From positions 38,599 through 102,598 of the forward strand of contig CAMTWJ010000002.1 of NCBI GenBank assembly GCA_947085495.1: a stretch of 64,000 bases of DNA, read 5' to 3'. This stretch comes from an uncultured Candidatus Saccharibacteria bacterium (GTDB taxonomy: Bacteria > Patescibacteriota > Saccharimonadia > Saccharimonadales > 2-12-FULL-41-12). The position numbers and the translations under genes are program-made. Under the pieces are notes generated by a model that made no database searches, had not been told where the DNA came from, and worked only from the letters and a program-made list of their open reading frames with translations. Below are positions 53,863 through 61,220 of this stretch, in pieces (positions within the stretch are counted from its first letter, which is position 1; each line of letters starts with the position of its first letter).

Positions 53863-54864
53863 ATGGCCGGAAAGTTTGAAATTATGGGTCCACTTGATAT
53901 GGTGCGACAACTAAACGCTACAGCAGGGGATTATGATGTGTATGCAAATATGTATATGCAAGATGATGAGCATGAACAAAAGAAGTTCCAGGGCAGAGTA
54001 GATGCATTAAATGCTTCCCACCCACTTATTGGCGAGCCGGTTATTGTGTATGGTGATATTTTGTCGATATCAATGGATGAAGAGGGTAGAGAATTTACGG
54101 CCGTTGTCCCTGGTAGTATACAGAGCGATAGCAGAGAATTGGCACGAGTTGACAGAGAGTATTTAGCAGAGGTGATGGGTGAGCACCACGTTCCAGTGGT
54201 AGGAGTTTATAGAGGATATGATATTTGGAAGACATTTGATATTAACTCTCAAGAGTGGGTGCACCGAGTTACCCATAAAATAGGCAGAGAAACCGTAGAG
54301 TATACCGATCCATATGGGGCAGACCACAGTGTCTCGCACAATACATTTATATATGCATGGGGCAGCAAGATTTTTCCAATTGACCCTGTTAACGCCCATA
54401 GCCTTAAAGATTTAAGAAACGATAAAATTGTCCGATATGCTTTTGATAACATTGCGTTTGATGCAGAAATAAGTAGGCCAAATGCGATTATGAAAATAGG
54501 GGAGATAGCGCAAAAGGCTTTTTCTGGGTGGATAGAGCAACCAGAGATTGATCAACAGAGGATTAGTTACCTCAACAGTTTGGGTTTATTGGAAGGTTTA
54601 AGTATTATTTCCCAAGATTTTCTTAAGGTTAGCGGTTACGCTGACGAACCGAAAGTAAGTGTGCCTTCGCCCCCTGATCAGCCTTATGCTCAAATTGAGC
54701 CTGGGTTTTTTGTTTTAGCAAGAAGCTACAAACGAGATAGTCTTGGCCAGGCGTTTTATAGAAACGGGAAAGATCTCTGCATAAAAACTCCTATCGCTGA
54801 TGGAGAGGCTGTAGTAGTGCCAGTTCCAAATATAGTAGGCTTTGCAGAAGAAATCACAGGATAG
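53863..54864 (+). CDS. hypothetical protein (ORFan)
   Basis: 333 aa. No motif recognised. Confidence 0.55.
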   Translation: MAGKFEIMGPLDMVRQLNATAGDYDVYANMYMQDDEHEQKKFQGRVDALNASHPLIGEPVIVYGDILSISMDEEGREFTAVVPGSIQSDSRELARVDREYLAEVMGEHHVPVVGVYRGYDIWKTFDINSQEWVHRVTHKIGRETVEYTDPYGADHSVSHNTFIYAWGSKIFPIDPVNAHSLKDLRNDKIVRYAFDNIAFDAEISRPNAIMKIGEIAQKAFSGWIEQPEIDQQRISYLNSLGLLEGLSIISQDFLKVSGYADEPKVSVPSPPDQPYAQIEPGFFVLARSYKRDSLGQAFYRNGKDLCIKTPIADGEAVVVPVPNIVGFAEEITG

Positions 54865-54866
54865 TA

Positions 54867-54895
54867 TTGCTGATTAGCATACTTTATGTTAATAT
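54867..54895 (+). promoter_or_regulatory. promoter TTGCTG-17-TAATAT with TGt extended -10, facing the structured locus
   Basis: TTGCTG at 54867-54872, TGT at 54887-54889, TAATAT at 54890-54895. The predicted +1 is about 54902. Confidence 0.5.
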
Positions 54896-54901
54896 ATAGT
54901 T

Positions 54902-55310
54902 TGCTAGAAGTTTTTTACAAAAAGTACTACGTCTAACGTAGAGTGAGCATTAACAAGAGATCTTTCTCGCAGAGGAAAATAGAATAAGGTAGGGATGACA
55001 TGGAAGTGTCAGAGCAACGTCTTTCCGGCATGATGCCTGGACATTGAACCTTATTTGCTTTTTCTGCCCAAAAGAAGCATGAGAGAAGCTGCCAAGAACG
55101 GCAATCGGCATGAGCAAGGATGCTCAACTCTCGTGGCTTACTACGAATCTTCCTGGCCGAGAGGAAGTGAGAGCACATAGACATGATTGTCTACCACCAC
55201 CAGCAGGCATGGATGCCTCCCGCTCTCAGTTTGGTTGTGTAATTATGAGTCCGAGCTTTGATAGCTCCTCGTATATCCCCACAAACACCAAACTCCACTC
55301 ACACTTTTTT
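54902..55310 (+). ncRNA. candidate ~400-nt structured RNA of unknown class (alternatively a very long cis-regulatory leader); strand tentative
   Basis: A 475-bp gap with no credible ORF. At least 12 local or nested helices. Two stems contain T:G wobbles that would be A:C mismatches on the other strand. Ends in a T6 run at 55305-55310. Confidence 0.45.
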
Positions 55311-55339
55311 ATAAATAACTTCTAGCATTTTTCTTATCA

Positions 55340-55798
55340 ATGTATTTGAGCTTCTGGGTAGGGTGGTATGATAGATATGAAATGGGAGCCCCAAGAAGTT
55401 TTCGCTACGACTCGTTGGCGCACAAGCTTTCACAGTTTGTTCTGCCAAAAGCACACAGTAATGTGATGAGTATTGTTAATGTCGAGCACTTGGATGACGA
55501 CGAGCTAGTTAAGATACAAAGTCGAGTTGGCTTTTCGTATGTTTTACTTAGCCAGCACAAAATAGGGACAATGGATGAGCTCAAGCAACGGATAGAAAAG
55601 TGGTGCAGTGAGCCCATAGACAAATTTATCGCACCCAGGAAACAGACTAGTTTTGAAGAAACACTGGGCGCACGATTTTATAAAAAGCACGACACAAAAG
55701 CTACTGCCACATGGATGCCGTATGCGGTGCCAGCTGGACACGAGTATGCTTTTTTGGCATTACTTAAACCAAAGGAATTAAACGATGAATCAGAATAA
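55340..55798 (+). CDS. hypothetical protein (152 aa); start uncertain
   Basis: No SD at ATG 55340. Overlaps the NYN gene start by 14 nt. No motif recognised. Confidence 0.45.
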   Translation: MYLSFWVGWYDRYEMGAPRSFRYDSLAHKLSQFVLPKAHSNVMSIVNVEHLDDDELVKIQSRVGFSYVLLSQHKIGTMDELKQRIEKWCSEPIDKFIAPRKQTSFEETLGARFYKKHDTKATATWMPYAVPAGHEYAFLALLKPKELNDESE

Positions 55799-56354
55799 TC
55801 TACCTAATAAATTACAAACAAAACAACCAAGAGCTTACGCTTTTATCGATAGTCAAAACTTGAATTTGGGTATTCAGAAGGCTGGCTGGAAAATGGACTG
55901 GCGTAAGTTTCGTCAGTATTTAAACGATGAATACAACGTTACACATGCTTTTATGTTTATCGGCTATATGCACGAACACGAGGACTTGTACGAGTACATG
56001 CATGAGCTTGGCTTTTTGGTAGTCTTAAAGCCAACGCTTGATATGAACATAGACCCGGACGATAAAGAAGCCAATAAAGACAAGCCGCCGACAAAAGGGA
56101 ACATCGACGCAGACTTGGTTCTGTATGCGATGAAAGAGATACCAAATTATGACAAAGCAATCATTGTTTCGGGTGATGGTGATTTTTACGGCTTGATCGA
56201 ATACTTACACAAGAAAAGAAAGATGCTTAAAGTTTTGGCACCAAACAGACAGTATTCAAGCCTGCTTAAGCCATTTGAAAAATATATAGAACGTTTGGAC
56301 ACCCAAAAGCGAAAGTTGCAATATTACGATCGCAAAAAGCAGACCAAAAAATGA
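55785..56354 (+). CDS. NYN-domain (LabA/DUF88-like) putative ribonuclease
   Basis: AFIDSQNLNLG, KGNIDADLV and IVSGDGDFYGLI (the acidic residues of the NYN/PIN-like fold). AAGGAA SD. Confidence 0.8.
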   Translation: MNQNNLPNKLQTKQPRAYAFIDSQNLNLGIQKAGWKMDWRKFRQYLNDEYNVTHAFMFIGYMHEHEDLYEYMHELGFLVVLKPTLDMNIDPDDKEANKDKPPTKGNIDADLVLYAMKEIPNYDKAIIVSGDGDFYGLIEYLHKKRKMLKVLAPNRQYSSLLKPFEKYIERLDTQKRKLQYYDRKKQTKK

Positions 56355-56794
56355 GCCTAGAAAACGAAATATTTGAACATTTAAAAAATGCCAAAACGAT
56401 GCAGCTGGCTAGCGTTAACGACGGCAAGCCATGGATCTGCACGGTTTATTTTGTGCCACACGAAGGTAAATTGTACTGGCTTAGCTTGCCAAGTCGGCGA
56501 CACAGCCAGGAGCTAGCTAATGATAACCATGCTGCCATAGCTATAGCTATTAAAACCGACAAGCCAGTAACGGGCGTACAGACAGAAGGAACAGTAGAGA
56601 TAGTAGCCGATAAGGATATTGTGCGGACTGTGTGTGATCTGTATGCAAATAAATACGACCAAGCTCATGACTTTTATGAAAGTTTTGTGGCTGGGACTAA
56701 CCAGCACAACCTGTATTGTTTTGCCCCCAAAGCGTGGGTATTGTTCGACGAACACAATCATCCCGACACACCTCGCCAAGAAGTAAAAGTGTAA
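56351..56794 (+). CDS. pyridoxamine 5'-phosphate oxidase-like FMN-binding protein
   Basis: ATGA overlap with the NYN gene. MQLASVNDGKPWICTVYFV..GKLYWLS..RHSQEL pattern of the PNPOx-like split barrel. Confidence 0.7.
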   Translation: MSLENEIFEHLKNAKTMQLASVNDGKPWICTVYFVPHEGKLYWLSLPSRRHSQELANDNHAAIAIAIKTDKPVTGVQTEGTVEIVADKDIVRTVCDLYANKYDQAHDFYESFVAGTNQHNLYCFAPKAWVLFDEHNHPDTPRQEVKV

Positions 56795-56816
56795 AGTCTG
56801 CTATGATGTTCATAGC

Positions 56817-58076
56817 ATGAAGCAAGACGAAAACACCGAAGTATTTCCCAAGCACTTTTTCTGGGGGGCAAGCACCGCAGCGCACCAGATAGAGGGCGGT
56901 AATCATAACCAGTGGTCAGTGTGGGAGCTCGCTCACGCTACGGAGCTTGCACAGACAGCTCATCAGCGTCTTAGCTGGCTGCCAAAGTGGGATGATGTAA
57001 AAGGGGAAGCTGAAGAGCCAGAAAACTACGTATCTGGTGATGGCGTAGACCACTACAATCGATACAAAGAAGACTTTGATTTGCTTGGTCAGCTCAACCT
57101 CAACTCTTTTCGTTTTACGATAGAATGGTCCCGGATTGAACCCGAGGAAGGGAAGTGGGACGAGAAAGAGATTGCTCATTATAAAGCTTACATTTCTGAG
57201 CTGCGAAAGCGTAAGATTGAGCCATTTATGAACTTGTGGCACTGGACGCTACCTACGTGGTTTACAGACAAAGGTGGCTTTGAAAAGCAAGGTAACCTAA
57301 AGCATTGGGACCGATTTGTCAGCAAGGTCGCCAAAGAGTTGCTCGACGAAGTTGAGTATGTACTAGTTCTTAATGAGCCCAATAATTACATGAGCTTTGG
57401 CTATATAACAGGGGAGTGGCCACCTCAGAAAAAGAATGCGCTAGGTGGATTATGGGTTTACATGAACTTGGTACGTGCTCACAAGCGAGCCTACAAAATA
57501 CTGAAGCTCAAAAAGCCAAGTATGCAAGTTGGAACCGCTACTAACCTAGCAAACATCCAAGCTAAGCGGCCTAGAAATTTCCTAGACACAATGTCGACAA
57601 AAGTGATGCGCTATGTCTGGAACTGGTGGTTTTTGAGGCGGATTCGAAAGCACCAAGATTTTATTGGGCTTAATTATTACTTTAGTGATTACTACAAAGG
57701 TTTTGGCAAGAAAGATAATCCAAAAGTGCCACTGAATGACCTGGGCTGGTATATGGAGCCAGAAGGTCTGTACCCTCTATTACTTCGCACGTGGAGTCAT
57801 TTTAAGAAGCCAATATTTATTACCGAAAATGGTCTGGCGGATGCCGAGGATGAATATCGCTGGTGGTGGATCCAGGAAACAGTGATAGCTATGGAGAAAG
57901 CTATTAGTGAAGGCGTAGACCTGCGTGGATACTTCCACTGGAGTTTACTAGATAACTTTGAATGGGCTTACGGCTGGTGGCCAAAATTTGGCCTTGTAGA
58001 AGTCGATCGCAAGAATAACATGAAACGCAAAATTCGCCCCAGTGCCAAACAATTCGCAAAGTGGCTCGAAAGCTAA
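56817..58076 (+). CDS. glycoside hydrolase family 1 beta-glucosidase
   Basis: FFWGASTAAHQIEGG, LNEPN (acid/base Glu), ITENG (nucleophile Glu) and WSLLDNFEW. Confidence 0.92.
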   Translation: MKQDENTEVFPKHFFWGASTAAHQIEGGNHNQWSVWELAHATELAQTAHQRLSWLPKWDDVKGEAEEPENYVSGDGVDHYNRYKEDFDLLGQLNLNSFRFTIEWSRIEPEEGKWDEKEIAHYKAYISELRKRKIEPFMNLWHWTLPTWFTDKGGFEKQGNLKHWDRFVSKVAKELLDEVEYVLVLNEPNNYMSFGYITGEWPPQKKNALGGLWVYMNLVRAHKRAYKILKLKKPSMQVGTATNLANIQAKRPRNFLDTMSTKVMRYVWNWWFLRRIRKHQDFIGLNYYFSDYYKGFGKKDNPKVPLNDLGWYMEPEGLYPLLLRTWSHFKKPIFITENGLADAEDEYRWWWIQETVIAMEKAISEGVDLRGYFHWSLLDNFEWAYGWWPKFGLVEVDRKNNMKRKIRPSAKQFAKWLES

Positions 58077-58124
58077 AAGCACTAGCATTAGCAAGTTTGT
58101 TGTCATACAATACAAACGAGAAAC

Positions 58125-58832
58125 ATGCAAAAATACAAATCGAAACAACTCAACCAGCTTAATATCATTAGCTACAACCTCAAGTTTAACAAGGCATTTG
58201 GGGAGCTCGACAAGCTAATAGAGCAACACGATAGCGACATTTTGTGTATTCAAGAGTGCTATACCAAGCGATTACAAGACACTATAGGATCGCTAAAGCT
58301 CTTTGATGCTACCAAGTCTGGGCATCTGGGTCTGGCGATCTACGCACGTCCTGATAGGTTTGAGCGAGTGTATAGCGAAAGTTGCCTGCTCGATACGACT
58401 CTATATGAAAGGATTCTGTATCAAAAACTATTGTCCCAAGAGAGAGAACGCTTGCTCTTTGCCGAACTGCACGATAAAAAGACAGATAAGACCTTTAACG
58501 TAGCGTCGTTTCATGCAACGCATCTTGTAACGCCTAATAGCATGCGTCGAAGACAGATTGAGAATGCTTACCGAGCTTTGGGCAGAGAAAAACCGACACC
58601 GACCATCATGGTAGGTGATTATAACTACCCGCTATTTAAGAAACAGCTCAAGTACTTTATTGAGAGTTATGGCTACAAGATGCTCCTAAGCGACCAACCT
58701 ACGTATAAAAGCATGATTTTTAAGGGTCACTTTGACTTTGTTACCGCCTTTAATGCTCGAGTAGAAGCAGTAAAGACATTGCCTCGAGGCTTATCAGATC
58801 ACATGCCAATTTTGGTCCAAGCAGCTATTTAG
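58125..58832 (+). CDS. endonuclease/exonuclease/phosphatase (EEP) family protein
   Basis: IISYNLKF, DILCIQE, VGDYNYP and SDHMPI. Confidence 0.8.
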   Translation: MQKYKSKQLNQLNIISYNLKFNKAFGELDKLIEQHDSDILCIQECYTKRLQDTIGSLKLFDATKSGHLGLAIYARPDRFERVYSESCLLDTTLYERILYQKLLSQERERLLFAELHDKKTDKTFNVASFHATHLVTPNSMRRRQIENAYRALGREKPTPTIMVGDYNYPLFKKQLKYFIESYGYKMLLSDQPTYKSMIFKGHFDFVTAFNARVEAVKTLPRGLSDHMPILVQAAI

Positions 58833-58961
58833 CCCTATACACCATATATTGAGTCGTTAGCGTCATAAAAATACACTTTGACACCACATGTTGTGTTAAG
58901 CGTAAGTATTGTGGATAACTTTGCCTGTTTTCTCTATAAAAACACAAAAAAACACTTGTTT

Positions 58962-59007
58962 GTGGGGAGTCGTGGGTAGTAAGCTATTGTCAGTGGGTAA
59001 TCGTAGG
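58962..59007 (+). promoter_or_regulatory. array of four MraZ-box-like direct repeats (GTGGG / GTAGG) upstream of mraZ
   Basis: GTGGG at 58962, 58972 and 58993, and GTAGG at 59003. The spacings are 10, 21 and 10 bp. The array ends about 70 bp upstream of the mraZ ATG. Confidence 0.6.
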
Positions 59008-59076
59008 TAAATCCAAAACAGATTTAGCTATAGCGAAAAACAAAAAAACCACTAGTAAATTAAAAGAAGGCCACCA

Positions 59077-59442
59077 ATGTCAAACCTGGACTACTTTGAG
59101 CGAAAGCTAGACTCCAAGCGCAGGCTAACTATACCTGCCGAGCTTCGTCATGCTTTTGCAAATGGGGTAGTGGTAACCAGGGGATTCGGCGACTATCTTC
59201 ACCTGTACCCAAAAGAGGTATGGGACCAGTTGGTAGAACCACGACTTGACGGCGACATCCTGGATGAGCGCATTGCTGATCTGAATGTACAGTTTCGAAT
59301 GGGTAAAGTTGAAACTGTTATTGATGAGAAGCAGGGGCGTATCACTCTAGAACAACATCAGCTAGATTTTGCTGGTATTGGGAAAGATGTTGTTGCTGTT
59401 GGAGTTGGACGATATTGGCGGTTAATGGCTCCAGAAAAATAA
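59077..59442 (+). CDS. mraZ: transcriptional regulator MraZ (short, 121 aa)
   Basis: Two SpoVT/AbrB-like halves: LDSKRRLTIPAELR and IDEKQGRITLEQHQLDFAGI. Confidence 0.88.
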   Translation: MSNLDYFERKLDSKRRLTIPAELRHAFANGVVVTRGFGDYLHLYPKEVWDQLVEPRLDGDILDERIADLNVQFRMGKVETVIDEKQGRITLEQHQLDFAGIGKDVVAVGVGRYWRLMAPEK

Positions 59443-59475
59443 TCTGGAAGGCCAGTACATTAAAAATTCGGTAGT

Positions 59476-59504
59476 CAAATAGCGAAGCCGAGGTTAGCTA
59501 TTTG
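59476..59504 (+). other. 8-bp hairpin 34 nt after the mraZ stop
   Basis: CAAATAGC (59476-59483) pairs with GCTATTTG (59497-59504) around a 13-nt loop. No T tract follows. Confidence 0.5.
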
Positions 59505-59767
59505 GCAGTCAGTAAGTGGATCATAGGGATAACCACTATAAAACCCTCGTACTTTTTGTCAAAAACACCTCCCAAAACTCCACCTCACACATAAGTCTCT
59601 AAAAACTTACAAGGAAGTTTTATCTATCAACACTCCAAAAAGTTAATAGAATTACTAAAATTTCCTAAATCAAAAACAAAAACAACAAAATACAAAAAAC
59701 TGGCTGCTGAATAGGTGATCTTGTAAAATAAAAACGTTTTACAGGCACACAGTGCCCCAAAATAAAA

Positions 59768-60652
59768 ATGAATCAAAACAAACACAAACCGGTTCTTTTA
59801 AGCGAAGTAAAAGACATTTTAAGCCCCGCAAAGGGCGAACGATACTTGGATGTAACTGCAGGCTATGGTGGCCATGCGAGCGCAGTTATTGACGCTATAG
59901 GCAGCCAAGGTGCTGCTGTTCTGGTCGACAGAGACCAAAATGCGATTAGTTATCTAAACGAAATGTTCAAAAATCGTTCGGAAGTGAAAATTGTAAAAAA
60001 CGATTTTCTGTCTGCAAGCAAAGATTTGCAGGCAACAGGTGCAAAGTTTGATCTGATTCTTGCAGATCTTGGAGTATCATCACCGCACCTTGACAATGCC
60101 ATGCGTGGTTTTTCTTTCAAAAGTGAAGGACCATTGGACATGCGAATGGACGAAGATCAAGAAATAACGGCTTCAGATATCGTAAACACTGCTGATCAAG
60201 CAGAACTTGTACGTATCTTGCGGCTGTATGGGGAAGTTAGAAATGCACCCAGAGTTTCACGGTTGATCATAGAACACCGTCCGTTCCATTCCACCACGGA
60301 ATTGGCTAGTGTAGTCGCTAAAACTTCCAAACGCTGGGAGAAGACTCATCCTGCAACCAAAGTGTTCCAGGCGCTGAGGATAGCAGTCAATCAAGAATTG
60401 GAGCAGTTGCAGCAAGCACTTCCAATCTGGATCGATCTGTTAAATGACAATGGTCGTTTAGCTGTGATTTCGTTTCACAGTCTAGAAGATCGTTTGGTCA
60501 AACAAGCGTTTGCAGAGTATGGGGCAAGTGGTTATGACGCAGTTGTGCGTATATTGACCAAGCACCCAATTGAAGGCGACGAATCCGAAATAGTTTTTAA
60601 TCCGCGTGCACGTAGTGCAAAACTACGAGCCGTAGCGAAAATAAAAATATAG
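59768..60652 (+). CDS. rsmH: 16S rRNA (cytosine1402-N4)-methyltransferase
   Basis: HKPVLLSEV, YLDVTAGYGGHA, LADLGVSSPHLD and ISFHSLEDR. Confidence 0.95.
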   Translation: MNQNKHKPVLLSEVKDILSPAKGERYLDVTAGYGGHASAVIDAIGSQGAAVLVDRDQNAISYLNEMFKNRSEVKIVKNDFLSASKDLQATGAKFDLILADLGVSSPHLDNAMRGFSFKSEGPLDMRMDEDQEITASDIVNTADQAELVRILRLYGEVRNAPRVSRLIIEHRPFHSTTELASVVAKTSKRWEKTHPATKVFQALRIAVNQELEQLQQALPIWIDLLNDNGRLAVISFHSLEDRLVKQAFAEYGASGYDAVVRILTKHPIEGDESEIVFNPRARSAKLRAVAKIKI

Positions 60653-60753
60653 AAAGGGGGATGCCTTAATGCCAATACAGGTACGAAGCACCTCCCGAGC
60701 TTATAAAATTCGAGTGAAGGTTATTTAACCCAAGCTTAAATTTTAAAAGCACG

Positions 60754-60784
60754 GCTCTCCTCTAACAAAACATTAGAGGAGAGC
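60754..60784 (+). other. perfect 12-bp inverted repeat (hairpin) between rsmH and ftsL
   Basis: GCTCTCCTCTAA (60754-60765), loop CAAAACA, TTAGAGGAGAGC (60773-60784). No T tract on the plus strand. Confidence 0.8.
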
Positions 60785-60824
60785 ACCAAAACAAATATTA
60801 AACATAACAAAAAACAAAAGAGAT

Positions 60825-61169
60825 ATGACATATTCAAGTTCACTATCGATGGGGCGCAGAAGATTTGCAACCCGACACCAAAACGTTGTTAACTGGGGCG
60901 AACAGACACGGGCTTTAGGGCCTGTGAGCAACACGGTAATATTGGTAGTTCTAAGCTGTTTGTTGGGACTTTTATACCTTACTCAAGTCACAAAAACCAA
61001 TGCCAGCGGCTACAAGGTAGATGGCTACGAAAAACAGTATAGCCAACTACAAAAAGAACATGACGAGTTACAACTATCGTCTGCACGATTGCAGTCACTA
61101 GATCGAGTCGCTGACAGTAAGCCAGCGAAAGAACTCGTTTCTGTGGCACCAAGCGCTACCGTTCGTTAA
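60825..61169 (+). CDS. ftsL: cell division protein FtsL-like (bitopic, coiled coil)
   Basis: 114 aa with a single TM segment (VILVVLSCLLGLLYLTQV) followed by a short coiled coil. Positioned between rsmH and ftsI. Confidence 0.7.
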   Translation: MTYSSSLSMGRRRFATRHQNVVNWGEQTRALGPVSNTVILVVLSCLLGLLYLTQVTKTNASGYKVDGYEKQYSQLQKEHDELQLSSARLQSLDRVADSKPAKELVSVAPSATVR

Positions 61170-61220
61170 TAAAAAGGCGAAGGACTATCTTTAACAGATA
61201 CGTTTACGCTACTAAAACAC

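Noticed and set aside
54933-55325. ORF-track ORFs 54933..55184 (-) and 55110..55325 (+).
   Set aside because: They overlap each other and lack SD sequences. Their translations are Cys/Ser/Arg/His-rich and low-complexity. They coincide with dense nested hairpins, so an RNA or regulatory region explains them better.
54865-55339. An attempt to identify the structured locus as RNase P RNA, tmRNA, SRP RNA or 6S RNA.
   Set aside because: By eye, on both strands, I found none of the diagnostic elements. There is no GAGGAAAGUCC / ACAGAAnCCGGCUUA P4 pair in the right arrangement. There is no GGGG..UCCACCA acceptor stem with G3:U70 next to a 7-nt T-loop arm, and no plausible Ala-resuming tag ORF ending in hydrophobic residues. 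There is no GGAA-capped SRP domain IV and no single long 6S-type hairpin. A covariance-model search is still needed. I left the class as unknown rather than force a name.
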